Below are positions 54,700 through 64,000 of a stretch of 64,000 nucleotides of DNA, in pieces (positions within the stretch are counted from its first letter, which is position 1; each line of letters begins with the position of its first letter). The notes under the pieces were generated by a model that saw only the letters and a list, made by a program, of their open reading frames with translations, ran no database searches and had not been told where the DNA came from. The DNA is taken from the NCBI GenBank assembly GCA_009692435.1, contig SHZE01000002.1:8795-72794 (forward strand). The letters run 5' to 3'. A program made the position numbers and the translations under genes. Origin of the DNA: Deltaproteobacteria bacterium (GTDB lineage: Bacteria; Desulfobacterota; Binatia; Bin18).

Positions 54700-55890
54700 T
54701 TATTCTTCCTCGTCCGCGTCCGCTGAATCCGACGAATCCACCAGGCGCGGCGGTTGATCGTGTTTCAACTCACTCTCGTCTTGGAGCCAATCAATCGTAC
54801 GGTTGACCTGCGTGCGTTCGTTGTCGAGAAAGCGCGCAACCGCCGTGGCCAAGCGTGGCTCGGCGAGATGGTGCATGCTGATGGTTGGTTGGGGATCAAA
54901 TCCACGCAGCCGTTTGAAATCGCCGCCCGCGCCTGGCTCGAATCGAACAAATTTATTTTGGATGCAATGGTCGATGGCGGCGTAGTAACAGACATTGAAG
55001 TGCAAGTGGCGCACGTCTTTGAACGCGCCCCAATAGCGTCCGTAGAACACGCCATTTTTCTGGACGTTGAACGTCCCCGCGATCATCTCCCCACCCTGTC
55101 GGGCAATCACAAAGCAGAGATTGCGCTTGAACCGTTCACCCAGGAGATCAAAGAACTTGGCCTCCAAATACTGTCGCCCCCAGTACAGCCGGTCGATGTG
55201 CGCCTTATACAACGTGAACATGCGGGCACAGAGTGCGGTGGGAATGGCGTCGCCACTCAACACCTCGATCTCCACGCTTTGGTCATGCATCTCGCGCATC
55301 TCGCGTTTAATCTGATTGCGTCGCTTAGTACGGAAGTGCGCCAGATAATCGTCAAAGGTTTGATAGCCGTGATTCTGCCACTGATATTGCAGTCCGACCC
55401 GCTTGAGATAGCCAATATCAGCCAACGCCTCCGCCTCATCGGGCAAACAGAAGTTGACATGCACCGAGGACAAGTCGTTTTGCTTGCAGACGGATTGGAG
55501 CGCTTGCCCCAACATACGAATCAACGCGGGTCGGTCGCCGCCCGGCACGGTGAGGAACCGCACTCCCGTCGCGGGAGTGAAGGGTGCCGCCACCAGCATT
55601 TTGGGGTAGTATTCGATTCCGGCCCGCTGGGCGGCATCCGCCCAGGCGTGATCGAAAACGAACTCACCCATGCTGTGACTTTTGAGATAGAGTGGGCATC
55701 CGGCGACCAGCCGTCCGTCGTCATAGACGACCAGATGCTGTGGTTGCCAACCCGTCTTGGGTGCAATACAATGGGCCTCTTCCATGCACGCGAGCCAGTC
55801 CCATTCCATAAATGGAGAGCCGTCCCCAACGAGCAGATCCCAATCAGTCCGTTGCACCTCGGTCATACTTTGCAGTACTTTGACTTGTCG
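54700..55890 (-). CDS. DUF482/FemAB-like (GNAT-fold) family protein
   Basis: MRQVKVLQSMTEVQRTDWDLLVGDGSPFMEWDWLACMEE...; LYLKSHSMGEFVFDHAWADAA...YYPKMLVAAPFTPATG. Family name recalled from memory. Start at Met15 of the ORF. Confidence 0.7.
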   Translation of the reverse strand, partial: RQVKVLQSMTEVQRTDWDLLVGDGSPFMEWDWLACMEEAHCIAPKTGWQPQHLVVYDDGRLVAGCPLYLKSHSMGEFVFDHAWADAAQRAGIEYYPKMLVAAPFTPATGVRFLTVPGGDRPALIRMLGQALQSVCKQNDLSSVHVNFCLPDEAEALADIGYLKRVGLQYQWQNHGYQTFDDYLAHFRTKRRNQIKREMREMHDQSVEIEVLSGDAIPTALCARMFTLYKAHIDRLYWGRQYLEAKFFDLLGERFKRNLCFVIARQGGEMIAGTFNVQKNGVFYGRYWGAFKDVRHLHFNVCYYAAIDHCIQNKFVRFEPGAGGDFKRLRGFDPQPTISMHHLAEPRLATAVARFLDNERTQVNRTIDWLQDESELKHDQPPRLVDSSDSADADEEE

Positions 55891-55985
55891 CATGGTAGTC
55901 GGCATTATCGGCGGGCAATCAGAGAGATGCAAGGTCGGCGACCCCTCGCCATCAACACACGCAAGTAACCTAAAGGTCTGAAGTC

Positions 55986-58031
55986 ATGCAGAGCGGAGCA
56001 GTCATTGTCTATCGGGAACACGGCCACCTTACACTTGGGCTCGTCCAGAAAATGGTGATGACGACGGGCGAATCGCGAGTCGAACTCACTAATGAGGATG
56101 GCAAAAGACAAGTCCTGCCAACGGACCGGATTCTCTTCGACTGCAAGCAGACCCTGACACCAACACAATCCGCCACGGAGATCAAAAAACAGTTACAGGC
56201 TCTGCAACAACAGATTCACAGCCATGCGCAAAAGACCAATGTGCAAGAGTTATGGGAACTGGTCCAAGGCGAAGAGGTTGAGACCTGGTCGTGGGAAGAC
56301 CTCGCCGGCTTAGTGGTGACGACGCGGTCGCAGTCACTGGAGACCGTTGGGGTGCTCGCCGCCCTGTGTGACCAGAGTCTGTATTTCAAAGAGAAGAAAG
56401 CCGGACTCTTCGCGCCGCGCGATGCTAAAAGCATTGAAGACACGCTCCATCAACAACAGGTCGCGCAAGAACGAGCACACGCCCAAGGAGCGTTTCTCGC
56501 CTGGACACGAGAACGCCTCGCGACTCCCAGTGAAGAGCCCGCGCCAATCGGATTTGACCGCTATCTCGATCTCCTCAAAGGGTTCGCGCTGTACGGCGAG
56601 ATGTACGACCGGCATACACAGGCGATCAATCTGCTCGAAGAGATTGGCTTTCGCGGGAAAGGCCATCCATTTGAAGTGGCATTCCATTTCCTCGTTGCTA
56701 TTGGCATCTGGAAAGTGGATGAGGAACTCAGTCTCCTGCGGTACGCGATTCCTACGCGCTTCACGGATGAGGTCCTCCAAGCCGCGCAAGCCGTGCCACC
56801 ATTTACACCGGAACACACCGATCACACGGATTTGACGTCCCTATTCACCTTCACCATCGACGACGCCGAAACCATGGACATCGATGATGCGTTAAGTGTC
56901 AGCGAAGCGAATGGGCTCATCACTGTTGGTATTCACATCGCCGACGCAAGTTTTTTCGTCTCACCAGGCGATACGCTCGACAAAGCCGCGCTCGCCCGTG
57001 GCACGTCGGTGTACATGCCCATCGGCCGATTCCCGATGCTTCCTCCTATTCTGAGTGAGGAGAAGGCCAGTCTCGTCGCTGGCGAGGTCCGCCCGACGTT
57101 GAGCTTTTTCGCGAGTGTTGATGCGGAAGGCAACTTCCAGACAGAGCGTCTCTGCCGTGGCTTCATCACCGTGGGTCGGCGACTGACCTACAAAGAAGCC
57201 GACTCGATCCTCGCGGAGGATCAATTAGGCGCGGAGACAGACCCATGTGCACCAGCACTACACCACTTGTTGCGTGTGGCGCAGGCTCGCAAAGCGCAAC
57301 GCATTGCCCGTGGGGCGATTATCATTGAAGGGGATGAAGTCAAAGTGCGCGTGCACGATGGCGCCGTATCCATCGCGGTGATCGCGAACGACTCGCCATC
57401 GCGCGGACTGGTAGGCGAGTGCATGATCTTGGCCAATGAGATGGCGGCTCGCTACTGTCATCGCCATACCTTACCGGCGCTCTACAGCGCGCAGCCGCCA
57501 CCGGATGAGTCGATTCCCGCCGCGGCCACATTCCCGTCGCAACGTGTCTATGTGCAAGCGGCGCGACGTGCGATGAAACCCTCGCAGCTTGGAGTCACTC
57601 CAGCCCCGCACTCCGCGCTGGCACTTGATGTGTATACCCAGGCCACATCCCCGTTGCGGCGGTACCACGACCTCCAGATACAGCATCAGATCAAACATCA
57701 CCTCGCGCGCGGGACGGTGCTGTTCGACGCGGAGCACCTGCAAATGATCGCCGCCAGTGCGCAGCAATCCACGGCGGACGCGAAGCGCTGCGAGCGTGAA
57801 AGCGTCCGGTATTGGCTCTTGCGCTTCCTCGAAAGCCGTAAGGGACAGACGGTCAGTGGCCAAGTCGTCCGCCACTTCAACGGCCGCTCATTCATCGAAT
57901 TAAACGACACGTTGTTAGTGGTTCCGGTCAACGCATCACCACCACTCCCACTTGGGGAAGCAGTCCAGGTAGTCATTGGGAATGTTGACGCGCGGCGCGA
58001 CATGCTGAGCGTTCGCGTTGCGGAACGGTGA
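55986..58031 (+). CDS. RNB-domain exoribonuclease (RNase II/R family)
   Basis: FTIDDAETMDIDDALSV...; GTSVYMPIGRFPMLP...; HSALALDVYTQATSPLRRYHDLQIQHQI. Confidence 0.88.
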   Translation: MQSGAVIVYREHGHLTLGLVQKMVMTTGESRVELTNEDGKRQVLPTDRILFDCKQTLTPTQSATEIKKQLQALQQQIHSHAQKTNVQELWELVQGEEVETWSWEDLAGLVVTTRSQSLETVGVLAALCDQSLYFKEKKAGLFAPRDAKSIEDTLHQQQVAQERAHAQGAFLAWTRERLATPSEEPAPIGFDRYLDLLKGFALYGEMYDRHTQAINLLEEIGFRGKGHPFEVAFHFLVAIGIWKVDEELSLLRYAIPTRFTDEVLQAAQAVPPFTPEHTDHTDLTSLFTFTIDDAETMDIDDALSVSEANGLITVGIHIADASFFVSPGDTLDKAALARGTSVYMPIGRFPMLPPILSEEKASLVAGEVRPTLSFFASVDAEGNFQTERLCRGFITVGRRLTYKEADSILAEDQLGAETDPCAPALHHLLRVAQARKAQRIARGAIIIEGDEVKVRVHDGAVSIAVIANDSPSRGLVGECMILANEMAARYCHRHTLPALYSAQPPPDESIPAAATFPSQRVYVQAARRAMKPSQLGVTPAPHSALALDVYTQATSPLRRYHDLQIQHQIKHHLARGTVLFDAEHLQMIAASAQQSTADAKRCERESVRYWLLRFLESRKGQTVSGQVVRHFNGRSFIELNDTLLVVPVNASPPLPLGEAVQVVIGNVDARRDMLSVRVAER

Positions 58032-58067
58032 GGATGAATGAAAAATGATGAATGAAGAATTGAAAAA

Positions 58068-58425
58068 TTATTTTTCCTTGGGTTGCTTTGCCGAGAGAAG
58101 GATTGCCAAGAGAATCTTGATCAACTGTTCTGTTTCATCGGACACGCTTGTGAGGCGGTTGGCTGGAACCAGGTCCGCATCTCGAATCAAGCGAAGCTAA
58201 TAAGCGGACTCGCGCGCTTCCTTGTGAGCGATGGACATCTTCGCGATAAAGTCAGCCTTGCTCTGTCCACCCTGAGCTTCATGAATGTTCGCACCAATCG
58301 ACGTCCCGGAACGAAGCAATTGCCGCCCTAACACTCGCCCCACATCGTCCCCGCCGCAGTTCTTGGTAGAGCCGGATAATTCGCATTGCGTAGGCGACAC
58401 TACGTTCAATGATATCCTTAGCCAT
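58068..58425 (-). pseudogene. Four-helix-bundle protein gene (TIGR02436 / 23S rRNA-intervening-sequence protein family) with a frameshift and an in-frame TAG
   Basis: ATG 58425: MAKDIIERSVAYAMRIIRLYQEL (frame A), then GRVLGRQLLRSGTSIGANIHEAQGGQSKADFIAKMSIAHKEARESAY (frame B, ORF 58197..58409), then TAG (58197..58199, expected TGG/Trp), then LRLIRDADLVPANRLTSVSDETEQLIKILLAILLSAKQPKEK, then TAA at 58068. Confidence 0.8.
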
Positions 58426-58479
58426 CGCTTACTCTTCAGTCAGATTCTCAATTCTTCATTCTTCATTCTTCATTGCGCC

Positions 58480-59298
58480 CTACCACATCACCGATCCGCC
58501 ATCGATATTCAGCGACTGGCCAGTGATATACGATGCGTCGGGAGAGCAGAGATAGGCGATGAACTTGCCAATTTCTTCGTCAGTCCCGGCCCGACGTAAT
58601 GGCACCATTTGCTCGATGGACTTGTTCCAGGCGTCTCCCCGTCCAACCACATCCATGCGGGCAGTATCAATGATCCCCGGACAGACGGCATTCACGCGAA
58701 TTCGATGCGGCGCGACTTCCATCGCTAACGCTTGCGTGAATCCTTGAATCCCGAAATTGGACGTGCAGTACGCGGTCGTGTTCGGAAAACCGCGTTTTCC
58801 GGCAATCGAGGAGATATTGATAATCGCTCCGCCCTGCCCATGTTGAATCATCGCCGGCAGCACTTCCTTGCTCATCAGAAAACTGCCGGTGAGTTTAATT
58901 TCCAGGACTTGATGCCAGAGTTCCTCCGACAGTTCGAGGAGAGAGACCCGGTCGGCTCCACGGGCGAAAGCGGAGTTATTGATGAGAAAATCAATTCGAC
59001 CAAATTCCTTCACTACCGCCGCCACCGTGCGTTTGACATCCGCACTCTTCACCACATCCGCCACAAGCGGGAGGCAGCGTCGTCCACGTTCCCGCACTTG
59101 CGCCGCCGTACTTTCAATATCACGCCATCCCACCGCTTTTTCGTCCGGCGGATACTTGTCTGGATCACGTCCAGTTCCAGTGACGGCAATATCCACCCCT
59201 AATTCCGCCAACGCGAGTGCCGCCGCCCGACCGATTCCCCGCAACCGACCCGCACCGGTCACAATCGCCACTTTTCCATCAAGAACACCCATAGACAC
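58480..59298 (-). CDS. SDR-family oxidoreductase
   Basis: LDGKVAIVTGAGRLRGIGRAAALALAELG...; NISSIAG...; YCTSNFGIQGFTQALAME. Confidence 0.92.
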   Translation of the reverse strand: MSMGVLDGKVAIVTGAGRLRGIGRAAALALAELGVDIAVTGTGRDPDKYPPDEKAVGWRDIESTAAQVRERGRRCLPLVADVVKSADVKRTVAAVVKEFGRIDFLINNSAFARGADRVSLLELSEELWHQVLEIKLTGSFLMSKEVLPAMIQHGQGGAIINISSIAGKRGFPNTTAYCTSNFGIQGFTQALAMEVAPHRIRVNAVCPGIIDTARMDVVGRGDAWNKSIEQMVPLRRAGTDEEIGKFIAYLCSPDASYITGQSLNIDGGSVMW

Positions 59299-59368
59299 CT
59301 CACTTTCGTCAGCAATAAAAAGGGCGCACCGCGGTGCGCCCCTACACTACTGGGGATTGTACAACTGA

Positions 59369-60109
59369 CTATTTCCCTAGTTCTTCAGCGAACAGCTTCT
59401 TCACCTTCGCCCAGGCATCCTCGGCTGATGCTTTGTCATACGACGCGCGTTGATCACAAAAGAATCCGTGGTCCGCATTGGGGTACACAACCACCTCGTG
59501 GCGAATCTTGTTCTTTTCAAGTTCGGCGCGAACGGCGTCGACTTGCGTCAGCGGAATGTGGGCATCTTTGGCACCGTATAAGCAGATAATTTTTCCACCA
59601 ATCTTGCTCGTCCTGCCGATGGTGGAAGGCTGACCACCAAAGCCTTGTGCGCCGGCGATCCCACCGCCATAAAAACTGGCGGCGGCTTTGATATCGAGTT
59701 CGCATGCGGTGAGATACGTCACGTGCCCACCAACACAAAACCCCATGGCCCCGATCTTGTCGCCTTTCGCGAAATTCTGCCGCTTGAGAAACGACATGGC
59801 CGCGCGTCCGTCGGCGACGATTTCGTCGGCCTTTAATTGCCCCAACAACTTAATGCCTTCGGTCATCCCGGTTTGGTCATACCCATATTCCACTCCAGGC
59901 CCGGTCCGATGAAAGAAATCAGGCGCGAGGGCCACGTAGCCTTCGCGGGCCACCCGGTCCGCCACGTCGCGGATGTGGGCATTCACTCCAAAAATTTCCA
60001 TATATACCAGCACGCCCGGTCGCGGCGTGCCGTCGGCTGGGCGGGCCATGTACGCCCCCATCGTTTTCCCATCCACACTCACGTGCACACGTTCTGTTTT
60101 AATTTCCAT
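59369..60109 (-). CDS. Dienelactone hydrolase family protein
   Basis: MEIKTERVHVSVDGKTMGAYMARP...PGVLVYMEIFGVNAHIRDVADRVAREGYVALAPDFF...; GAMGFCVGG...; ADHGFFCD. RBS AAGGAGGAC before ATG 60109. Confidence 0.9.
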   Translation of the reverse strand: MEIKTERVHVSVDGKTMGAYMARPADGTPRPGVLVYMEIFGVNAHIRDVADRVAREGYVALAPDFFHRTGPGVEYGYDQTGMTEGIKLLGQLKADEIVADGRAAMSFLKRQNFAKGDKIGAMGFCVGGHVTYLTACELDIKAAASFYGGGIAGAQGFGGQPSTIGRTSKIGGKIICLYGAKDAHIPLTQVDAVRAELEKNKIRHEVVVYPNADHGFFCDQRASYDKASAEDAWAKVKKLFAEELGK

Positions 60110-60287
60110 TAAGTCCTCCTTCTTTCCATTATTGAACCGGCTCCTCTTCTCACACACGCTCTTGCCTGCTGTCAAGGCAGCCTGGTCCGGTTCCCTCTCC
60201 ACGCCTCCGCGCCTCCGCGTGCGTCTTTCCTCTAGCTGGGCATTGGATGAATTATTGACCATGTGCACGGCGATCACCCGCACAGAG

Positions 60288-60479
60288 GAGTCCTTCGCGA
60301 TCACCAACTATCACTTAAGCGTCGCGACCCACGAGCGGGCCTTGCAGACCGCCGGGTTCCAGCGAGTCACGTGGCACGACCCGGAACTGTCACCGGAGAT
60401 CGTGGAGGGCGCCGAGCGTCACTACTGGTCCGCTTTTCTCGACCACCCGCCCGTGGTGTTTCTGGACTGCGTGAAATAA
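60288..60479 (+). pseudogene. C-terminal remnant of a class I SAM-dependent methyltransferase
   Basis: ...SFAITNYHLSVATHERALQTAGFQRVTWHDPELSPEIVEGAERHYWSAFLDHPPVVFLDCVK*. Only about 60 C-terminal residues are recognisable and no SAM-binding N-terminal part lies upstream. Confidence 0.5.
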
Positions 60480-60591
60480 TCCGTCCTGAAAGCGCATCAC
60501 GGTACGCCGTGTCCCAACCAGCACCCGATCGGGACACGTATCACACAATGTCGCCTTCCTCCGTCATCAGGACATAGTGCGCGTATGGACC

Positions 60592-61446
60592 TTACGCCAG
60601 CACCTCGCGTGCGAGTTGCTCCAGTTCGAGGACCGCGTCTTTCGTCTCGCTTTTTGTCAGCCAGATCGTCACATGGTCCGTTCCGGCTTTCTCCAACGCC
60701 TTGATCTCGTCACGGGTGCGAAACTTCCCCGCTTGCCCAAAGGCCAGCACCTGAATGGATTTCGGATCACGCCCGACTTTTTTCGCGAGGTCATTCAAGA
60801 TCGCCCGGCCCCGGTGGATTTCCTCGACCGGCGAGAGCACCGGCATCCAGCCGTCTCCCCATTCCACCACCCGCTTGAAAACATGTTGTGACGATCCCCC
60901 CATGAAGATGGGCGGGTGCGGTTTCTGGACCGGCTTGGGAAACGAACGGACGGCGGGGAAATTGTAAAACTTCCCTTCATACGCGGCCTCATCCTTCGTC
61001 CACAGCTCCTTCATCGCCATGATGGCATCCTTGGTTTGCCCCCAACGACGGTCGAAGTTGCCCCCCATGATTTCCGTCTCTTCCTTCAACCACCCGGCAC
61101 CGATGCCGAAGAGAAACCGCCCACCCGACAGTTTGTCGAGCGTGGCCACTTCCTTCGCCAGCAGCAGTGGGTTGCGTTCCGGGATCAAGCAGATGCCGGT
61201 ACCAAGTTGGAGATGCTTGGTCACCGCCGAAGCCCGTGCCAGCGCGACAAAGGGATCGAGAATCCGACCATAGGCGTCGGGGATAATCCCATCGCGCGAA
61301 GCGGGGTACGGCGAAGACGTTTTGATCGGGATGATCGGATGCTCCGGCACCCAGAACGAGGCGAAGCCCAGCTCCTCGGCTCGTTTGGCCAACACCGCCG
61401 GATCTTCAGACTGGTCAATCGCGAACTCAAAGACACCAATTTTCAT
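60592..61446 (-). CDS. LLM-class F420-dependent oxidoreductase (TIGR03619-like)
   Basis: MKIGVFEFAIDQSEDPAVLAKRAEELGFASFWVPEHPIIP...; GRFLFGIGAGWLKEE. Confidence 0.88.
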   Translation of the reverse strand: MKIGVFEFAIDQSEDPAVLAKRAEELGFASFWVPEHPIIPIKTSSPYPASRDGIIPDAYGRILDPFVALARASAVTKHLQLGTGICLIPERNPLLLAKEVATLDKLSGGRFLFGIGAGWLKEETEIMGGNFDRRWGQTKDAIMAMKELWTKDEAAYEGKFYNFPAVRSFPKPVQKPHPPIFMGGSSQHVFKRVVEWGDGWMPVLSPVEEIHRGRAILNDLAKKVGRDPKSIQVLAFGQAGKFRTRDEIKALEKAGTDHVTIWLTKSETKDAVLELEQLAREVLA

Positions 61447-61713
61447 AAAGCCCTCCTTGATGAATGAAATGAATGGGGAAAGACCCCGCTCCTATCGCGC
61501 ATCCGCGATGGGCATGGGGGCAAACTTCGCGTACTCTCCCACACTCATTCCTGGCAATGCAAGGGCATCTTTCTCACGACGGGGGCATGAGGTCGGACGC
61601 ACCCTCTGGCTCTCTCCGTGCGTGGGATGGTACAAGAATGCGGTTGTCGCCCCGTGTCATTCACAAAACGTGGCCGTGCCTCCCGTCAAACAACCCATGA
61701 GTCGCCATCTATT

Positions 61714-62910
61714 ATGAATCCACTCCTTGTGCTCGCCATCGCGATTTTTTGCACCATGCTCGGCAACGGCGTGGTCATGCCGTTTATTCCTCTCTATGCC
61801 CAACAGTTTGGAGCGGCCAGCTTGGGGGCGGGTCTCCTGTTTAGCGCTCATTCGGCACCGCGCACCTTTCTCTTGCCACTCATCGGTCCGGCCTCGGATC
61901 GCATGGGGAGACGGTCGTTTCTCCTGGTGGGTGTCCTGTTGTACGCCCTGTCATCCGTGGCGTTCTTGCTGGCCAACAGCATGGGACTGCTGCTCCTGAT
62001 AATGGGCATACAAGGCATCGCGACGGCCATGGTTCAACCCGTGACGCTGGCCTACGTGGGCGATCTCACGCCGAAGGGGAAAGAGGGAGCCTACGCCGGC
62101 TATATCAATACCGCGTTTCTTGGCGGTGTGGCGGGCGGGCCGATCCTCGGCGGGGTGCTGAAAGACGCGATCAACATGCAAGCGAGCTTCGTGGCGCTCG
62201 GTCTGTTCAGTCTTTTCGCGTTCGTGTTGATGTTCTTTTGGTTGCCCGATCCCCCTAAACATAAGACGGCGGCGAATGCCGTGGTGCCGCCATTTCGCGA
62301 GGTGTTCTCCTGTCGCCCAGTAATCGGCGTCGCTTACTATCGCCTGGGATATGCCTTCGCGAGCACGATCACGTGGGTGTTTGTCCCCTTGTTAGCGGCA
62401 CGGATGCTGCCGCTGAAAACCTCGCAGATCGGGGCGTTGATCTCCCTCAACGTGTTGGTCAGTACCATCCTGCAAGCACCCTTTGGTCGGCTCGCGGACC
62501 GGATGAGCAAAGCCAACCTGGTTGCGATTGGCGGTACGATCAGCGCCATTGCCTTTAGCGCGTTCCCGCTCGCCACCAGTTTTTGGCATTTACTAGCGTT
62601 GAGTGTCGTGACGGGGGTGGCCACAGGGGTAGCGTTTCCCGCCCATACCGCCTTGGCCATGGAAAACGCGCGCGGTCTGGGGATGGGGACAGTCATGAGT
62701 TTTCTGCTCACCGTGCACAGTTTCGGGATGACGGTGTGTCCCATCTTGTTTGGGCTGATCGCCGATCATTTCGGCATGAACAGTACGTTCTATGGCGGAG
62801 GACTGCTGTGCGCGCTGACGACAGCCATTTGCTATCTGATGACGCATGATGCGCCGATAGAGACGACGGCGGAGAAAGTGCGCGAGAAAGAGGCGGCGGT
62901 CACGGATTAA
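61714..62910 (+). CDS. MFS transporter
   Basis: MNPLLVLAIAIFCTMLGNGVVMPFIPLYAQQFG...; GPASDRMGRRSFLLVGVLLYAL. Start at Met33 of the ORF. Confidence 0.88.
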   Translation: MNPLLVLAIAIFCTMLGNGVVMPFIPLYAQQFGAASLGAGLLFSAHSAPRTFLLPLIGPASDRMGRRSFLLVGVLLYALSSVAFLLANSMGLLLLIMGIQGIATAMVQPVTLAYVGDLTPKGKEGAYAGYINTAFLGGVAGGPILGGVLKDAINMQASFVALGLFSLFAFVLMFFWLPDPPKHKTAANAVVPPFREVFSCRPVIGVAYYRLGYAFASTITWVFVPLLAARMLPLKTSQIGALISLNVLVSTILQAPFGRLADRMSKANLVAIGGTISAIAFSAFPLATSFWHLLALSVVTGVATGVAFPAHTALAMENARGLGMGTVMSFLLTVHSFGMTVCPILFGLIADHFGMNSTFYGGGLLCALTTAICYLMTHDAPIETTAEKVREKEAAVTD

Positions 62911-62938
62911 AAAAAAGGATCCAAAAGGAGGGACTTCC

Positions 62939-64000
62939 ATGTCAACGCAAACCCAACAACCACCGATGCTCGCGGGCATCAAGGTGCTCGACTTCACCCA
63001 ATATCTGGCCGGGCCGACCGCCACTCGCTTGATGGCTGAACTCGGCGCGGAGGTCATCAAAGTCGAACAAGCGAAGGGCGGCGACCCGTCGCGCTCATTA
63101 CCATTCGTTAAAGAGGGACGCAGCATCTATTACATTCAGCAGAATCGCGGCAAGAAAAGTTTCTGCGTCGATTTCAGTAACCCCGAAGGCATCGAACTCG
63201 TGCGCGCGCTGATTCCGCATGTCGATGTGGTGATCGAGAACTACGGCCCTGGCGTCATGGAACGACGCGGGCTCGATTATGCGTCCCTGCAACAGATCAA
63301 CCCCGGACTGGTGATGTGTTCGGTCTCCGCCTTTGGCCGGAAAAGTCCACTCTCGCATCTTACTGGCTATGACTATATCGCCCAGGCATTTTCCGGGGTC
63401 ATGCACATGACCGGTGACGCCGATGGTCCCCCACGCTTTGTCGGCGTTGCGATTGCTGACGGGATCGCCGGGGTGAATGCGTTCGCCGCGTTGGGATATG
63501 CCCTGCTGCATAAGCACCGCACGGGGCAAGGACAATACATCGACATCTCAATGGTCGATGCGCTTTATCACATGCAGTCAGTTGAAGTGCAAATGTTCGC
63601 GGCCAATGGCGGTGCATATAAGCCGATGCGCTATGGCATTCATCACCACATGTCCAGCCCGCAAGGGGTGTTCAAATCCAAGCAAGGCCACATCGTAATC
63701 TTGGCGCTTGAGCGCCAATGGGCGAACGTTTGTCAGGCGCTCGGCAAGCCGGAACTCGTCAATGATCCCCGGTTCTCAAGTTCCGGCAGGCGCGGGAGAA
63801 ACAAGGGCGAACTCATCCCCATGATTGAAGCGTGGCTCCAGTCATTCCCCACCGACGAGGCGGCGTTGAAAGCTCTGGCCGATCATCGCGTGCCAGCAGG
63901 TCCCGTCCTGTCGATTGAAGAGACGGTGTCGCATCCCTACTTCACCGCACGCAAAATGGTGCGCACGGTGCCAGACCAAATCCTGGGCGAGGTGACGATC
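62939..64000 (+). CDS. Family III CoA-transferase, 5' 354 codons; continues beyond the window end
   Basis: Open at the window edge, so absent from the ORF track. Own translation from ATG 62939 (RBS AAGGAGGG): MSTQTQQPPMLAGIKVLDFTQYLAGPTATRLMAELGAEVIKVEQ...VVIENYGPGVMERRGLDYASLQQINPGLVMCSVSAFG... Confidence 0.85.
   Translation, partial: MSTQTQQPPMLAGIKVLDFTQYLAGPTATRLMAELGAEVIKVEQAKGGDPSRSLPFVKEGRSIYYIQQNRGKKSFCVDFSNPEGIELVRALIPHVDVVIENYGPGVMERRGLDYASLQQINPGLVMCSVSAFGRKSPLSHLTGYDYIAQAFSGVMHMTGDADGPPRFVGVAIADGIAGVNAFAALGYALLHKHRTGQGQYIDISMVDALYHMQSVEVQMFAANGGAYKPMRYGIHHHMSSPQGVFKSKQGHIVILALERQWANVCQALGKPELVNDPRFSSSGRRGRNKGELIPMIEAWLQSFPTDEAALKALADHRVPAGPVLSIEETVSHPYFTARKMVRTVPDQILGEVTI

Noticed and set aside
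54754-55968. Very long antisense ORFs mirror real genes. Examples are 54754..55968 (404 aa) opposite 54700..55932, 4348..5400 (350 aa), 24060..25103 (347 aa), 9606..10487, 2292..3128, 41073..41915, and 39681..40220 (179 aa, the same length as its partner).
   Set aside because: The opposite-strand genes have clear family motifs, while the antisense translations are Arg/Gly/His-rich and motif-free. Stop-free antisense frames are a known by-product of GC-rich codon usage.
58068-58425. The four-helix-bundle protein is related to DGR Avd, so a diversity-generating retroelement was considered.
   Set aside because: There is no reverse transcriptase ORF and no template/variable repeat pair in the window.

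Overview
This 64 kb window comes from a moderately GC-rich bacterium (judged by eye, not computed), probably an uncultivated soil or sediment lineage; taxonomy cannot be settled from sequence alone. All protein names rest on motif recognition in the supplied translations, because no database search was possible.

Gene content
- A ribosome-associated core block (17.8-27.3 kb) reads rplU-rpmA-obg-proB-proA-nadD-rsfS on the minus strand, with an M23 peptidase and mltG beside it.
- A five-gene MoxR-DUF58-VWA (Bat-like) operon spans 3.7-11.7 kb. A second, orphan pair of MoxR plus the same partner protein lies at 27.3-29.8 kb.
- The rest is many CoA-transferase, F420-type LLM, amidohydrolase, FAH, acyl-CoA dehydrogenase and MFS catabolic or transport genes, plus ilvD and thiC with a TPP riboswitch.

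Main observations
1. At least four sequence families of simple-sequence, hairpin-forming elements start at or just after stop codons, always with the same polarity relative to the upstream gene. One family pairs a hairpin with an overlapping G-quadruplex motif.
2. One of these hairpins carries a decayed four-helix-bundle gene (23S-IVS-protein family) in its loop, next to an 'empty' sister hairpin elsewhere. This is an IVS-like cassette outside rRNA.
3. Two MITE-like insertions are present, one disrupting a MOSC gene with terminal inverted repeats and a TAA target duplication.
4. The window carries a notable load of decayed accessory genes.
5. Heptamer and 14-mer tandem repeats sit in a 5' region and inside the N-terminal coding region of a permease.
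6. A tight three-gene TIGR04255-led cassette has unknown function.

No rRNA, tRNA, CRISPR array or intact transposase was found.
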